A stretch of 64,000 nucleotides of DNA from Bacteroidota bacterium (GCA_024103355.1 JAGFIU010000051.1:19548-83547); one strand, 5' to 3'; shown: positions 55,401-64,000, counted from the stretch's first letter. Program-made: numbers and translations. The notes: generated by a model not told the origin, from the letters alone.

Positions 55401-55480
55401 GAATATGTTTCAAAATGAATTTGGATATTGTTTATTTCAGAAAGAACATTGAAAAGAGTAGGAATATTTTAGGCTATTAA
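52406..55480 (+). CDS. Secreted M1-family (gluzincin) metallopeptidase fused to a large C-terminal beta-rich domain
   Basis: VMHEIGHNWFYG…(x18)…WMDES is the HExxH-x18-E zinc motif. An upstream GAMEN-like GGMEYP is also present. Signal peptide. 1024 aa. Confidence 0.75.
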   Translation: MQRYTLFLGLFVCAPILLTAQKPSLNQSEWQQRANHQIEVELYYDSGRAYLEGNQQIEYFNNSPDTMNEIFLHLWPNAYKNNTTPFAQQQAAMNKKEFLLPHAKKGNIEISDVKVNGNIVAIADAETEIAKIVLQQPILPHSSVKITMKFNVLVPPFYSRMGATSDFISATQWYPKPAVYDVNGWNTMPYLDQGEFYSEFGDYDVTITTPADFLVAAGGNLTTESEIEYLKNLSDYYLDSITLHDFNKLPKMSRPVSPWKDKRVVNYILHNAHDFAWFASPKFQFISDTVKLSSDKVVETQYYSVSGTSKSDLIAISESLRHYSNHVGDYPYDVCKVVIGPLIAGGGMEYPTITICASNDFSTVMHEIGHNWFYGALGSNEREFPWMDESVNSFYENLYTTKKLSNYKLNSIKMIEGKGSFVSHYLNHLDKILDLNYRRMGESQSGDLPAYEYNSKSYYSVIYGRMPHGFAYLYEYLGENVFQKAMHDYYNQWKFKHPLPKDMQNAFENSTNMDLSWFFENMFQDYKGTDFKVNYVKKISENRFEVSLSNRSNLKIPLQYGFYQKIGNNSDIIETGFIPAFSKDTTITINAIYSNIYYFLLDPYQLLPENNRENDLVHLASDFRKYGSGSYLKFKFFQVIENQFQRQLIVQPAITYNLYSGWGVGLNMYNRVFPFKKAEFSITPFYALHSKNVVGTADLVFNFRVYDSKIFGIKTGVDFTRFDFRPVYSPNVYNKINPYIVIKFKTKGIASERFKKELKIQGINVFCDNKSYSVFNTYLDTSYIMLYPSYTSALYLRTDYSHIDYHAVNPQSFNIGLEGGLAGLNQGVTDEYLKMDFNYKIEQILKGKGRGMKAEFNAGFFLYKTQGMSGIYLFRGSGNTGTYDYLFKEKLIGRNERLNSNIWAQQLITQGGDMRINAPSLMDNAFTSLKLETSLPLLPIVRLYTDMAVNPLRSKSKLFAVGGVSLVLAKDILEVYFPLVYTDNFKQFYDLNNIDFAQRICFKMNLDIVYFRKNIEKSRNILGY

Positions 55481-56337
55481 GAAGATTTTCCTTTCTTAGA
55501 CAACGCACTAACTTCATCCCATTTTTCATTAGGTATATCACCCAGCATACTAAATTGGCCTGCACCTTTGAGCCATTGTCCTCCGTCAATTACAATCATT
55601 TCTCCTGTAATAAATGAGGAAAAATCTGAAACAAGATAACAAGCAAGGTTGGTCAACTCTGAATGTTCGCCAAATCTACCGAGAGAATTGAATTTGGCAG
55701 GATTGTATTGTTGCATGAGTTCCCCCGGCAGTAATCGAGACCAAGCACCTTCGGATTCAAAAGCCCCCGGTGCAATTGCATTTAACCTGATTCCGTATTT
55801 TCCCCATTCTACTGCGAGCGATTGTGTCATTGCAAAAGCACCTGCTTTTCCACAAGCAGATGGAACAACAAAAGCCGAACCTGTGAATGCATAAGTAGTC
55901 AAAATACTGAGAACAGTGCCCTTAATTTTGTTATCAATCCAATATTTTCCGGCTGCCAACGTGCAGTTGTATGAACCTTTGAGCACAATATCTACTACAA
56001 CATCAAAAGCCCTATGTGAGAGACGTTCTGTTGGACTGATAAAGTTTCCTGCTGCATTGTTTACCAGCACATTAAAACTGCCAAATCGCTCAATCACTTT
56101 GCTCATCATAGATTCAACCTCTTCGTAGTTGCGAATATCACATTGTGTATAGAAAATTTCACCCCCTGTTTCTTTGTTCAGCTCCTCGGCAGTTGCTTTT
56201 AATACCTCTAATTTTCTGCTTGTAATACAAACTTTAGCGCCCAATTGTAAAAATACTTTGCTCATTGCTTTCCCTAATCCGGTTCCTCCTCCGGTGACTA
56301 TGATTATTTTGTCTTTAAGCGAATTGTCTTTTAACAT
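55477..56337 (-). CDS. SDR-family oxidoreductase (2,4-dienoyl-CoA reductase-like)
   Basis: VTGGGTGLGKAM Rossmann motif. 286 aa. Confidence 0.8.
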   Translation of the reverse strand: MLKDNSLKDKIIIVTGGGTGLGKAMSKVFLQLGAKVCITSRKLEVLKATAEELNKETGGEIFYTQCDIRNYEEVESMMSKVIERFGSFNVLVNNAAGNFISPTERLSHRAFDVVVDIVLKGSYNCTLAAGKYWIDNKIKGTVLSILTTYAFTGSAFVVPSACGKAGAFAMTQSLAVEWGKYGIRLNAIAPGAFESEGAWSRLLPGELMQQYNPAKFNSLGRFGEHSELTNLACYLVSDFSSFITGEMIVIDGGQWLKGAGQFSMLGDIPNEKWDEVSALSKKGKSS

Positions 56338-56444
56338 GAGGACAAAAGTAGGCTGAATTTGATTGAAGAAAAATCAAATCATAATTTAGCTACAAGCATT
56401 GAAAATCTAACAGTATAACAACATTTGATAGATAATTTGTATAT

Positions 56445-57158
56445 TTGACCCATTATAATTTTCAGCAAAAGCATAATATGACAATAGCGGAGTTTACAAA
56501 GAAATTTAGAAAAATCAAAGAACAAGGTTTTGTTCAAACAATGAGAAAAGGACCGACAGGAATTGGTTACACTTTGGAAACTTTACTTGGAATTAAAGAA
56601 AATAACGAAGCTCACCCAGACGTTGATGGTGCTGAATTAAAAGCACATAGGACAAAAGGAAATAGTATGATTACTTTGTTTACTTTCAACAACAAAGTTT
56701 GGAAAATGCCACCATTGGATGCAGTTAAAAAATATGGTAGTTTAGACAAAGACGGCAGACAAGGACTTTATTATACAATGTCGTTGAAACCTAATAGTGC
56801 AGGACTTTTCCTTGATGTGCAGAAAACAGAAATTTCCGTTAGACATATTTCAGGCGAAGTAGTTGCAACTTGGCAACTACAAACTTTGGCTGATAGGTTT
56901 ATGCAAAAATTACCCGCATTACTATTTGTTTCAGCATTTACAGAAGAAAGAGACGGACTTGAATATTTTCATTTTTATAGAGCCCAACTGATGAAAGGAA
57001 CTTCACCAGAATTATTGGCTGACCAATTTAGAGAAGAAAATATTTTGGTTGATTTGCGTTTGCACGACAAAGGAACAATGGCAAGAAATCACGGAACAGG
57101 TTTTAGAACTTTTGAAGACAAATTACCTTTACTTTTTCAAAGTATTACAGATTTATGA
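56445..57158 (+). CDS. Type II restriction endonuclease, MvaI/BcnI family (putative)
   Basis: GPTGIGYTLETLLGIKENNEAHPDVDGAELKAHRTKGNSMITLF matches the N-terminal catalytic-lobe pattern I recall for BcnI/MvaI (G-x-G-x-x-L-E…N…PD…ELK..R…TLF). 237 aa. The stop overlaps the MTase start (ATGA). Confidence 0.55.
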   Translation: MTHYNFQQKHNMTIAEFTKKFRKIKEQGFVQTMRKGPTGIGYTLETLLGIKENNEAHPDVDGAELKAHRTKGNSMITLFTFNNKVWKMPPLDAVKKYGSLDKDGRQGLYYTMSLKPNSAGLFLDVQKTEISVRHISGEVVATWQLQTLADRFMQKLPALLFVSAFTEERDGLEYFHFYRAQLMKGTSPELLADQFREENILVDLRLHDKGTMARNHGTGFRTFEDKLPLLFQSITDL

Positions 57159-58390
57159 AATATCCGATAGTTAGAAATACAAAATACGATTATGTAGGAC
57201 AATCTTATGCTTCAAGTTTTCCAAACTTGCATAAATATCCTGCAACAATGTTGCCTCAAATTGGGATAGACATTTTAAAAGAGTTCAATATTTCTAATGG
57301 AAAATTACTTGACCCTTATTGTGGTTCAGGTTCTTCATTTGCAAGTGCTTTGGAATGTGGCTTAACAGATTTATATGGTTTTGATATTAACCCTTTGGCT
57401 GTTTTAATTTCAAAAGTTAAGTTCACTAAAATTTCAATTAATCAACTACTTGACACAAAGAAAAGTTTTAGAGATAATATTTTTGAATTTCTTAAAAACG
57501 AAGAAAACTTAAAAACTTTAAAAACGACAAACATAACAAATATTGAGTTTTGGTTTTCACAACAAGTAATTGAAAACTTAAATTTGCTAAAACATTTTAT
57601 CTACGAAATTAAAGATGAAAATATTCGTAATTTCTTTTTAGTTCCATTTTCTGAAACAGTTAGAGAATGTTCATACACAAGAAACAATGAATTCAAACTC
57701 TACCGTATGAAATCGGAAGACATTTTAAATTTCAATCCCGATGTAGTTGGTGTTTACTTCAAAAAATTAGAAGATACATTATTTAATTATATAAACTTCT
57801 ATTTTCCAAAACTTGAAAAAGATGTTTCTGTTGATATTCAATATTCTAAATTTCAACCAACGAAAAATTATTTTGACGTTGTATTGACAAGTCCACCTTA
57901 TGGCGACAGCAGAACGACTGTTGCTTATGGACAATTTTCTACACTTTCAAATGAATGGACAGGAATTGACTATGCTAGAAAAATAGATGGAATGTTGATG
58001 GGTGGTACAAAAGCAAAAACAAATATTTCAAAAGGTATAATTGCAGACTACATATCACAAATAAACAAAGAAGATAACAAAAGAGCATTAGAAGTTTCCT
58101 CTTTTTACAACGACTTGGATAGTTCAATTAAGAAAGTAGCAGACAGCACAAAAAAAGGTGGAAAAAGTATTTATGTAGTTGGAAATAGAACAGTAAAGAA
58201 TATTCAGTTACCAACAGACCAGTTTATTGCAGAGAAATTTGAAGAAAATGGATTTAAACATCTAAAAACTTACGAAAGATTATTGAGTAGTAAAGCAATG
58301 CCTTCAAAAAATTCACCAACGAACAAGACAGGAAAAACAGTAAATACGATGCTTTATGAATATATTGTAATATGTGAAAAGATTAAATAG
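57155..58390 (+). CDS. DNA methyltransferase (N4-cytosine or N6-adenine, alpha-class motif order)
   Basis: LDPYCGSGSSF (motif I, FxGxG) at aa ~50 and LTSPPYGD (motif IV, SPPY) at aa ~245. 411 aa. Confidence 0.75.
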   Translation: MKYPIVRNTKYDYVGQSYASSFPNLHKYPATMLPQIGIDILKEFNISNGKLLDPYCGSGSSFASALECGLTDLYGFDINPLAVLISKVKFTKISINQLLDTKKSFRDNIFEFLKNEENLKTLKTTNITNIEFWFSQQVIENLNLLKHFIYEIKDENIRNFFLVPFSETVRECSYTRNNEFKLYRMKSEDILNFNPDVVGVYFKKLEDTLFNYINFYFPKLEKDVSVDIQYSKFQPTKNYFDVVLTSPPYGDSRTTVAYGQFSTLSNEWTGIDYARKIDGMLMGGTKAKTNISKGIIADYISQINKEDNKRALEVSSFYNDLDSSIKKVADSTKKGGKSIYVVGNRTVKNIQLPTDQFIAEKFEENGFKHLKTYERLLSSKAMPSKNSPTNKTGKTVNTMLYEYIVICEKIK

Positions 58391-58715
58391 TGAAACCCTG
58401 TAGCTAACAAATTAATTGACATAAAGCAGATTAAGCTCTATAATTGAAATTTTGTATAAAATTCATAAGTTTTAATTCAAATCAGTTTTTGTGATAAAAA
58501 TACTTTATATTCAATTTGCAACTAAAAGTAAAAAGAATCAGTGTTGGAAATACTGTCCTAAGAAATAATAAAGCAAAAGCATAATGAGAATGGTCATCGG
58601 AACAAAGAAAAGGATGCTGCAACAACCACCCAAGGTTTTTTCATGTGGGTGATAGAAATGCTCTTCATTGTGTTTAGGGGGGACGAATTCTTCTTTTTCC
58701 TCTGACATAAAAAAA

Positions 58716-58860
58716 GGCAAGCAAAGAATCGCACCGCTACAACCGTCTGCCCTTGCTCAGTTCCCTGCCTGGGGGAGTGAGACAGGAGCTGGTCGTTCCC
58801 GCTTGCCGCTGCAAAAGTATGATTTCGATTCGCTCTTTCCAAGTCGCTTTTAACCTTTTT
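58716..58860. other. GC-rich, self-complementary non-coding element (candidate structured small RNA or leader) upstream of the multiheme cytochrome gene
   Basis: About 60% GC in a ~38% GC context. GGCAAGC (58716-22) pairs with GCTTGCC (58801-07). CAGTTCC (58758-64) pairs with GGAGCTG (58785-91). Only short overlapping ORFs on both strands. Confidence 0.3.
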
Positions 58861-58885
58861 TACTTAATCTTGCAGTAGCTTTAAA

Positions 58886-60823
58886 ATGATGCTTAAAAAT
58901 AAAGCAAAATGGTTGGTTTTATTACTCCTTTTAGGCTGGAGCGTACTGATAATTCAGTGCGGTAAAGGCAATAAACAAACTCATAAAACCGCCCAAGATG
59001 TATTTGTCAGTCCTTATCTTAATCTGAATGACACCGTAAAATATGTGGGAAGTCAAGTTTGCAGGGGTTGCCATGAGGATAAATTTGAGAGTTTTTCTCA
59101 TACTGAAATGGGAATGTCATTTGGAAAAGCCACAAAACAAAAAAGTAGCAGTTTTGGACACGGAAATGGCTATGCTTATGATACCATAAAAGACTTGCAC
59201 TATATCTCGTTTTGGGAAGGAGGTGAATTTTTTATCAAAGAATTCAGGCTGTATAATGGCGACACTGTTTATCAAAGAAAAGAACATATTGATTATATCA
59301 TTGGTTCAGGACACCATACCAATTCTCATATCATACAGAGAAACGGATTCCTATTTCAGGCACCCATGACTTTTTATACCCAAAGTGGTTTGTGGGATTT
59401 ACCACCCGGATTTAGAGAAAATAATCCGAGGTTTGAAAGAAGAATAGAATCCGAATGTATGACATGCCACAATGCTTATCCGAAGCAGGATCCTCTCTCT
59501 GAGCATAGGTTTTTTGAAATACCTGAAGGGATAGATTGTGAACGATGCCACGGACCGGGTGAATTGCATGTTGCACAAAGACTCTCCGGCAAACTGTTGA
59601 AAGAACCCGGGACTTTGGATTCTACAATTGTAAATCCAAGAAGATTGCCCTACAATCTACAGACCGATGTTTGTCAACGCTGTCATTTGCAGGGAAATAA
59701 TGTTTTGAAACCTGATAAATCGTTTTATGATTTCAAACCCGGAATGCCTTTGAGCAGTATCTTTACTGTGTTTATGCCTGACTATAGCGAACAAGAAGAA
59801 TTCAGAATGAGTTCTCATACAGAAAGATTGCAAATGAGCCAATGTTTTATTCAAAGTAACAAAAACAGCACGGAAGCCTATAATCCTAATTTGAATTTTA
59901 CATGTATAACCTGCCACGATCCTCATGTCAGTGTTCGTTCAATGGGTGACGAGCATTTTAATCTAACTTGTCAGTCTTGTCATACCGCGCCAAAAACGGT
60001 ATGTTCGGAAAATCCTGAAAAAATTAAGCTACAAAACAATAATTGTGTTTCATGTCACATGCCCCGAAGCGGAACAGTGGATATTCCCCACGTTACAGTT
60101 CATGACCATTATATCAGAAAACATTATGACAGAATCGGAAACGAAGGGCAGGGTGAGCTTATGGGTTTAAGAGCCATAAATACAAAGCAGCCTGACCTGA
60201 TGAGCACATTTGCAGGCTATATTTCTTACTATGAAAAATTTGAACATAACCCTTTCTATTTACAGAAAGCCAAAGAGCTATATACTCAGATTGGAAATTC
60301 ACAGTATGCACTGCAACTAAAAGTCTATTATCATTATACATCAAATGAATTTACTCAGATTGTCAATTTGTCAAAGAAATTAAATCAAGATTCTATCACT
60401 GATGCATGGACTTATTATAGAATTGCCAAAGCATTTGAGAATACTCATCAAAAGTCTCGCGCATTAGAGTGGATGAAAGAAGCTGTGAGAATCAAAACTG
60501 ATTTCCCTCCATTTTGGGATGCATTAATTTCACTCAAGATTGACATGAAACAATTTAATAAAGCACAGTCAGATTTGAATTTTCTCCTTAAACTTGACCC
60601 TCGTGATGATATTGCAATGGGTTTACAAGCCAAACTTTATTATCTGACATCTCAAGTAAAAGAAGCCAATCAGACTGCTTTGCGCACACTAAAACTCAAT
60701 CCCGATAATGCAATAGCTTTGGAGATATTGATTAAGATAGCTGATAGTGTCGGTACAAAACCGGCTCAATATGATTATTGGAAGCAAAGGTTGAAAATAT
60801 TAGGTTATAGTCAATCTATTTAA
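58886..60823 (+). CDS. Seven-heme c-type cytochrome lipoprotein with C-terminal TPR repeats
   Basis: Seven CxxCH motifs (CRGCH, CMTCH, CERCH, CQRCH, CITCH, CQSCH, CVSCH). Lipoprotein-like signal …LIIQCGKG. The C-terminal ~200 aa are TPR-like. Confidence 0.85.
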   Translation: MMLKNKAKWLVLLLLLGWSVLIIQCGKGNKQTHKTAQDVFVSPYLNLNDTVKYVGSQVCRGCHEDKFESFSHTEMGMSFGKATKQKSSSFGHGNGYAYDTIKDLHYISFWEGGEFFIKEFRLYNGDTVYQRKEHIDYIIGSGHHTNSHIIQRNGFLFQAPMTFYTQSGLWDLPPGFRENNPRFERRIESECMTCHNAYPKQDPLSEHRFFEIPEGIDCERCHGPGELHVAQRLSGKLLKEPGTLDSTIVNPRRLPYNLQTDVCQRCHLQGNNVLKPDKSFYDFKPGMPLSSIFTVFMPDYSEQEEFRMSSHTERLQMSQCFIQSNKNSTEAYNPNLNFTCITCHDPHVSVRSMGDEHFNLTCQSCHTAPKTVCSENPEKIKLQNNNCVSCHMPRSGTVDIPHVTVHDHYIRKHYDRIGNEGQGELMGLRAINTKQPDLMSTFAGYISYYEKFEHNPFYLQKAKELYTQIGNSQYALQLKVYYHYTSNEFTQIVNLSKKLNQDSITDAWTYYRIAKAFENTHQKSRALEWMKEAVRIKTDFPPFWDALISLKIDMKQFNKAQSDLNFLLKLDPRDDIAMGLQAKLYYLTSQVKEANQTALRTLKLNPDNAIALEILIKIADSVGTKPAQYDYWKQRLKILGYSQSI

Positions 60824-60978
60824 TTTTTTATTAGGATGATTTAGGATGCTGCCATTAATATCATTTTTATGGTAGTTATTATTCATCTGAAGGTTTTTAC
60901 TCGGCAGTTAATAGCCAAGCTGATTTGAACCAATATAGCCGGTTAATATAATATCTCTTATGGCTTTGTCTTTGGTAA

Positions 60979-63090
60979 TCAAGAGATTTTACTCCAGAAA
61001 TTATCTTTTGAATGTGATAACAAATATCTTTTCAACATTGCATTTTCCGGTTTGCTCAATGTTGGGTCTTCCCTCAATACATAGGCTGCGGCTTGTTTTC
61101 CCAAAAAGATAAAATATTCATCTTTTACCAAATCTAAAAATTTGAAATCGGGAAGTCCGCTTTGTTTGGTTCCCAATAAATCACCGGGACCTCGTTGTTT
61201 TAAGTCTATTTTGGCAATTTCAAAACCGTCATTGCTTTTAACCATTGCACTCATCCTTTCTTGTGCGGATTTACCAAGCTCATTCTCAGTCATTAGAATA
61301 CAATAACTTTGTTCCGCACCACGTCCAACCCTGCCTCTAAGTTGATGAAGTTGAGACAAGCCAAATCGGTCTGCATTTTCTATAACCATTACGCTTGCAT
61401 TTGGAACATTAACACCCACTTCAATTACAGTGGTGGCAACCATAATATGAGAAATCCCATTTTTGAATCGCATCATTTCCTTTTCTTTATCTTCCGGTCG
61501 CATTTGTCCATGTACAATGGATATTCGGTATTCAGGAGTAGGAAAAAAACTCTCAACAACATCATATCCATCCATTAAGTTTTTGAATTCCAAACTTGCA
61601 CTTTCATTAATCAAGGGATACACAAAATAGATTTGTCTTCCTTTTGAGATTTCATTTTTTATGAAAGACATTAACGCAATCCGTTCTTTTTCTTGTTTGT
61701 GAGCTGTGATAATAGGTTTTCTCCCGGCAGGCAGTTCATCAATTATACTGTGTTCCGACTCTCCGTGTACTGTCATTGCTAATGTGCGCGGGATAGGTGT
61801 GGCGGTCATCACAAGAATATGAGGTGAAGGATTTGATTTTAGCCATAATTTGGCTCTTTGTGCTACGCCAAATCGGTGTTGCTCGTCAATAATAACCAAG
61901 CCTAATTTGCTGAATACAACGCGGTCTTCCAAAATAGCATGAGTTCCGGTTATCAGAGATAACTTGCCTGAAGCCAATTCTTCCAACATTTCCGTTCTTT
62001 CTTTGTTGGATGTTGAGCCTGTAAGTAATGCTACTTTTAATCCAATAGGTGTAGCCCATTCTTTGAGCGATTCAAAATGTTGTTGGCTAAGAATCTCTGT
62101 GGGTGCCAACATACATGCCTGATATCCGTTGTCTATCGCTAAGAGCATAGCGATAAAAGCCACAATGGTTTTGCCGCTCCCTACGTCTCCCTGCAACAAA
62201 CGGTTCATTTGAACCCCGCTTTTCATATCAGCCCAAATTTCTTTGATTACTCTCTTTTGAGCTTCTGTCAAGGCAAAAGGTAAATGTTTGTTATAAAATT
62301 CATTGAAAAAATAACCCGGTTTAACTATTTTGGGTCCTACTGAATTTGTAATTCTGTTGAGACGTGTTCTCTCATTTCTTAATTGGAATAAGAAAACTTC
62401 TTCAAACTTAAAACGCTCATAAGATTTCTTTGCATCCCCCAACCTGTCAGGGAAATGGATTGTTTTATATGCAATTGCGCGAGAAGGAAGTTCGAGTTTT
62501 TCAATGATTCTTTTAGGAATAAACTCAGGCATATCAAAGTTCACGTGATTGATAGCTGCCTTGGTGAGTTGTGCAATAAATTTTGAGTCAATCTTAGAGG
62601 CTTTGAGTTTTTCAGTCAACGGATACACAGGGATATATCCTTTAACCTCTTCTTTTTTCTCTGCATCAAAAACTTGCAACTCGGGGTGTGACATTGAAAA
62701 AACATTTTTGAATTCACTCACCCTCCCAAATACGGTATATACCTGACCAATGGATAAAGATTTTTTTACCCATGGAATAGAACGAAACCAAACCAGTTCC
62801 ATACATCCCGTAAGATCACATAAAGTAGCTTTGAGTCGTTGTGAATTACGTGCACCAATTATTTCTACGGATTCAATCCTGCCTCTAACCTGAACTTGCC
62901 CGGAATTGGGTTGCAAATCGGCAATATTTATGTTGGCTGTTTTATCAAGATAACGGATGGGGATGTGATTAAGCAAATCGCCAATCGTAACAATACCAAG
63001 TTCTTTCTGCAATAAAGCAACTCGTGAAGGAGGGTAATTACCTAAGGCATTGATGGTTAATTTTTCAAATTCAGACAAAGCCGATTTCAC
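60979..63090 (-). CDS. recG: ATP-dependent DNA helicase RecG
   Basis: 703 aa. Wedge domain plus helicase motifs: GDVGSGKT (Walker A), DEQH, and TATPIPRT. Confidence 0.9.
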   Translation of the reverse strand: MKSALSEFEKLTINALGNYPPSRVALLQKELGIVTIGDLLNHIPIRYLDKTANINIADLQPNSGQVQVRGRIESVEIIGARNSQRLKATLCDLTGCMELVWFRSIPWVKKSLSIGQVYTVFGRVSEFKNVFSMSHPELQVFDAEKKEEVKGYIPVYPLTEKLKASKIDSKFIAQLTKAAINHVNFDMPEFIPKRIIEKLELPSRAIAYKTIHFPDRLGDAKKSYERFKFEEVFLFQLRNERTRLNRITNSVGPKIVKPGYFFNEFYNKHLPFALTEAQKRVIKEIWADMKSGVQMNRLLQGDVGSGKTIVAFIAMLLAIDNGYQACMLAPTEILSQQHFESLKEWATPIGLKVALLTGSTSNKERTEMLEELASGKLSLITGTHAILEDRVVFSKLGLVIIDEQHRFGVAQRAKLWLKSNPSPHILVMTATPIPRTLAMTVHGESEHSIIDELPAGRKPIITAHKQEKERIALMSFIKNEISKGRQIYFVYPLINESASLEFKNLMDGYDVVESFFPTPEYRISIVHGQMRPEDKEKEMMRFKNGISHIMVATTVIEVGVNVPNASVMVIENADRFGLSQLHQLRGRVGRGAEQSYCILMTENELGKSAQERMSAMVKSNDGFEIAKIDLKQRGPGDLLGTKQSGLPDFKFLDLVKDEYFIFLGKQAAAYVLREDPTLSKPENAMLKRYLLSHSKDNFWSKIS

Positions 63091-63206
63091 GCCTGAAAAT
63101 TATAAATAAACTTTGTAATAGAACCTTTCAAACTTATTTATGCTATACACAAAATATCCCTACTTTTGCAGCGCTATTAGAAACTATTATATAGAGCAAT
63201 AAAACA

Positions 63207-64000
63207 ATGTCATTAGAAATAAAAGTTCCTTCTCCCGGTGAATCTATTAGTGAGGTTACAATATCAAAATTACTTGTTAATGTTGGCGATTATATTGAGC
63301 TCGACCAACCGATTATTGAAGTTGAGTCTGAAAAAGCTACACTTGAAATTAATGCTGAGAAAGCCGGTCTTTTAGAGAAATTTACTGCCGCAGAAGGTGA
63401 TACCGTTAAGGTTGGGGATGTGGTTGCAATGATAGATACCAACGCAAAAGCACCTACAGTAACTGCTAAGAAAGAAGTGAAAGTTGAAGCCCCAAAAATA
63501 GAAACCGCGAAGGCTGCTACTGTTGCTACACCAACCAAAACTGAATCAAAATCCGTATCGAGCACAAAAAAAGATGCTTCAACTTTCGAACAAACTTATT
63601 CTGCAAGTCCTTTGGCGGAACAATTATTAAAAGAATATGGGTTGAATCCGGCAAAAGTCAAAGGAAGTGGATTGAACGGCAGAATAACCAAGATGGATGT
63701 ATTGCAGGCGGCTGTTGAACAAGGCGGAGCACATGGAGTGTCATCAGGATATGCCAAAGGAACAGGCAGCAGAGATGAGAAAAGAGAAAAAATGTCCAAT
63801 TTGCGCAAAACTATTGCAAAACGCTTGGTGATGGCAAAGAATGAAACTGCCATGTTGACAACCTTCAACGAGGTCAATATGAAGCCCATCATGGATTTGA
63901 GAGCTAAATACAAAGATAGTTTTAAGGAAAAGCATAATGTGAGTCTTGGCTTCATGTCATTTTTCACAAGAGCTTGCGTGTTGGCATTGCAAAAATGGCC
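63207..64000 (+). CDS. 2-oxoacid dehydrogenase E2 component (dihydrolipoyllysine-residue acyltransferase), 5' partial; continues beyond the window
   Basis: Lipoyl domain (IKVPSPGESISEVTI…IEVESEKATLEINA), an Ala/Pro/Thr linker, an E3-binding domain (SPLAEQLLKEYGLNPAKVKGSGLNGRITKMDV), and the start of the catalytic domain. Confidence 0.8.
   Translation, partial: MSLEIKVPSPGESISEVTISKLLVNVGDYIELDQPIIEVESEKATLEINAEKAGLLEKFTAAEGDTVKVGDVVAMIDTNAKAPTVTAKKEVKVEAPKIETAKAATVATPTKTESKSVSSTKKDASTFEQTYSASPLAEQLLKEYGLNPAKVKGSGLNGRITKMDVLQAAVEQGGAHGVSSGYAKGTGSRDEKREKMSNLRKTIAKRLVMAKNETAMLTTFNEVNMKPIMDLRAKYKDSFKEKHNVSLGFMSFFTRACVLALQKW

Noticed and set aside
58594-58853. Overlapping 82-aa (-) and 61-aa (+) ORFs in the GC-rich element
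   Set aside because: Both derive from the same GC-rich palindromic stretch. Arg/Ala/Gly-rich translations are the usual artefact of GC-rich non-coding DNA. They are treated as a possible RNA element instead.
58716-58860. Identification of the GC-rich element as SRP RNA, 6S RNA, tmRNA or RNase P RNA
   Set aside because: I could not find the SRP domain-IV GGAAGGAAGCAG core, or RNase P or tmRNA conserved boxes, on either strand. The length is too short for RNase P or tmRNA. Left unassigned.

Overview
The window is low-GC Bacteroidetes-type chromosome. Evidence for this: T9SS/gliding C-terminal sorting domains, lpxB, a TAnnTTTG -7 promoter box, and tight polycistronic gene spacing. There are about 55 protein genes, one tRNA (anticodon CAT), and no rRNA, CRISPR array or recognisable IS/transposase.

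The most notable content is a roughly 15.7 kb co-directional gene cluster at the left edge (2..15917, + strand). From left to right it carries:
- a thiolase 3' end;
- a reversed-order 3-hydroxyacyl-CoA dehydrogenase / enoyl-CoA hydratase fusion;
- a Zn alcohol dehydrogenase and two crotonases. This triad resembles the benzoyl-CoA lower-pathway enzymes Had, Oah and Dch;
- a 2-oxoacid:ferredoxin oxidoreductase (KorAB) with an Alvin-type 2x[4Fe-4S] ferredoxin;
- molybdenum cofactor (MCD) maturation genes (MocA, XdhC);
- an SDR (short-chain dehydrogenase/reductase);
- a xanthine-dehydrogenase-family molybdenum enzyme whose [2Fe-2S] and MoCo subunits are fused. Its FAD subunit carries a four-cysteine insertion loop. 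As I recall it, the cysteine spacing matches the [4Fe-4S] loop of 4-hydroxybenzoyl-CoA reductase HcrB;
- a hemerythrin-like protein and a MoaC-MogA fusion.

I interpret this cluster as a ferredoxin-driven reductive, dehydroxylating-type molybdenum enzyme system. It would act on an aromatic or alicyclic CoA thioester, and would be unusual for Bacteroidetes. No dearomatizing benzoyl-CoA reductase is present in the window.

Other items worth attention:
- an MvaI/BcnI-like Type II restriction-modification pair;
- an ATP-cone domain fused to a restriction-endonuclease-like (PD-(D/E)xK) domain;
- tandem C10 cysteine-peptidase paralogs with T9SS tails and a co-transcribed small lipoprotein that could be a cognate inhibitor;
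- a NorC/CcoO-like cytochrome c followed by an atypical heme-copper-oxidase-like membrane protein;
- a seven-heme cytochrome c with TPR repeats, preceded by a GC-rich structured element;
- a ComA-like phosphosulfolactate synthase;
- a pseudo-duplicated 5' fragment of a membrane desaturase gene.

The rest is housekeeping: wecB, lpxB, surE, hppD, maf, gatB, recG, an E2 lipoyl protein, peptidases and transporters.
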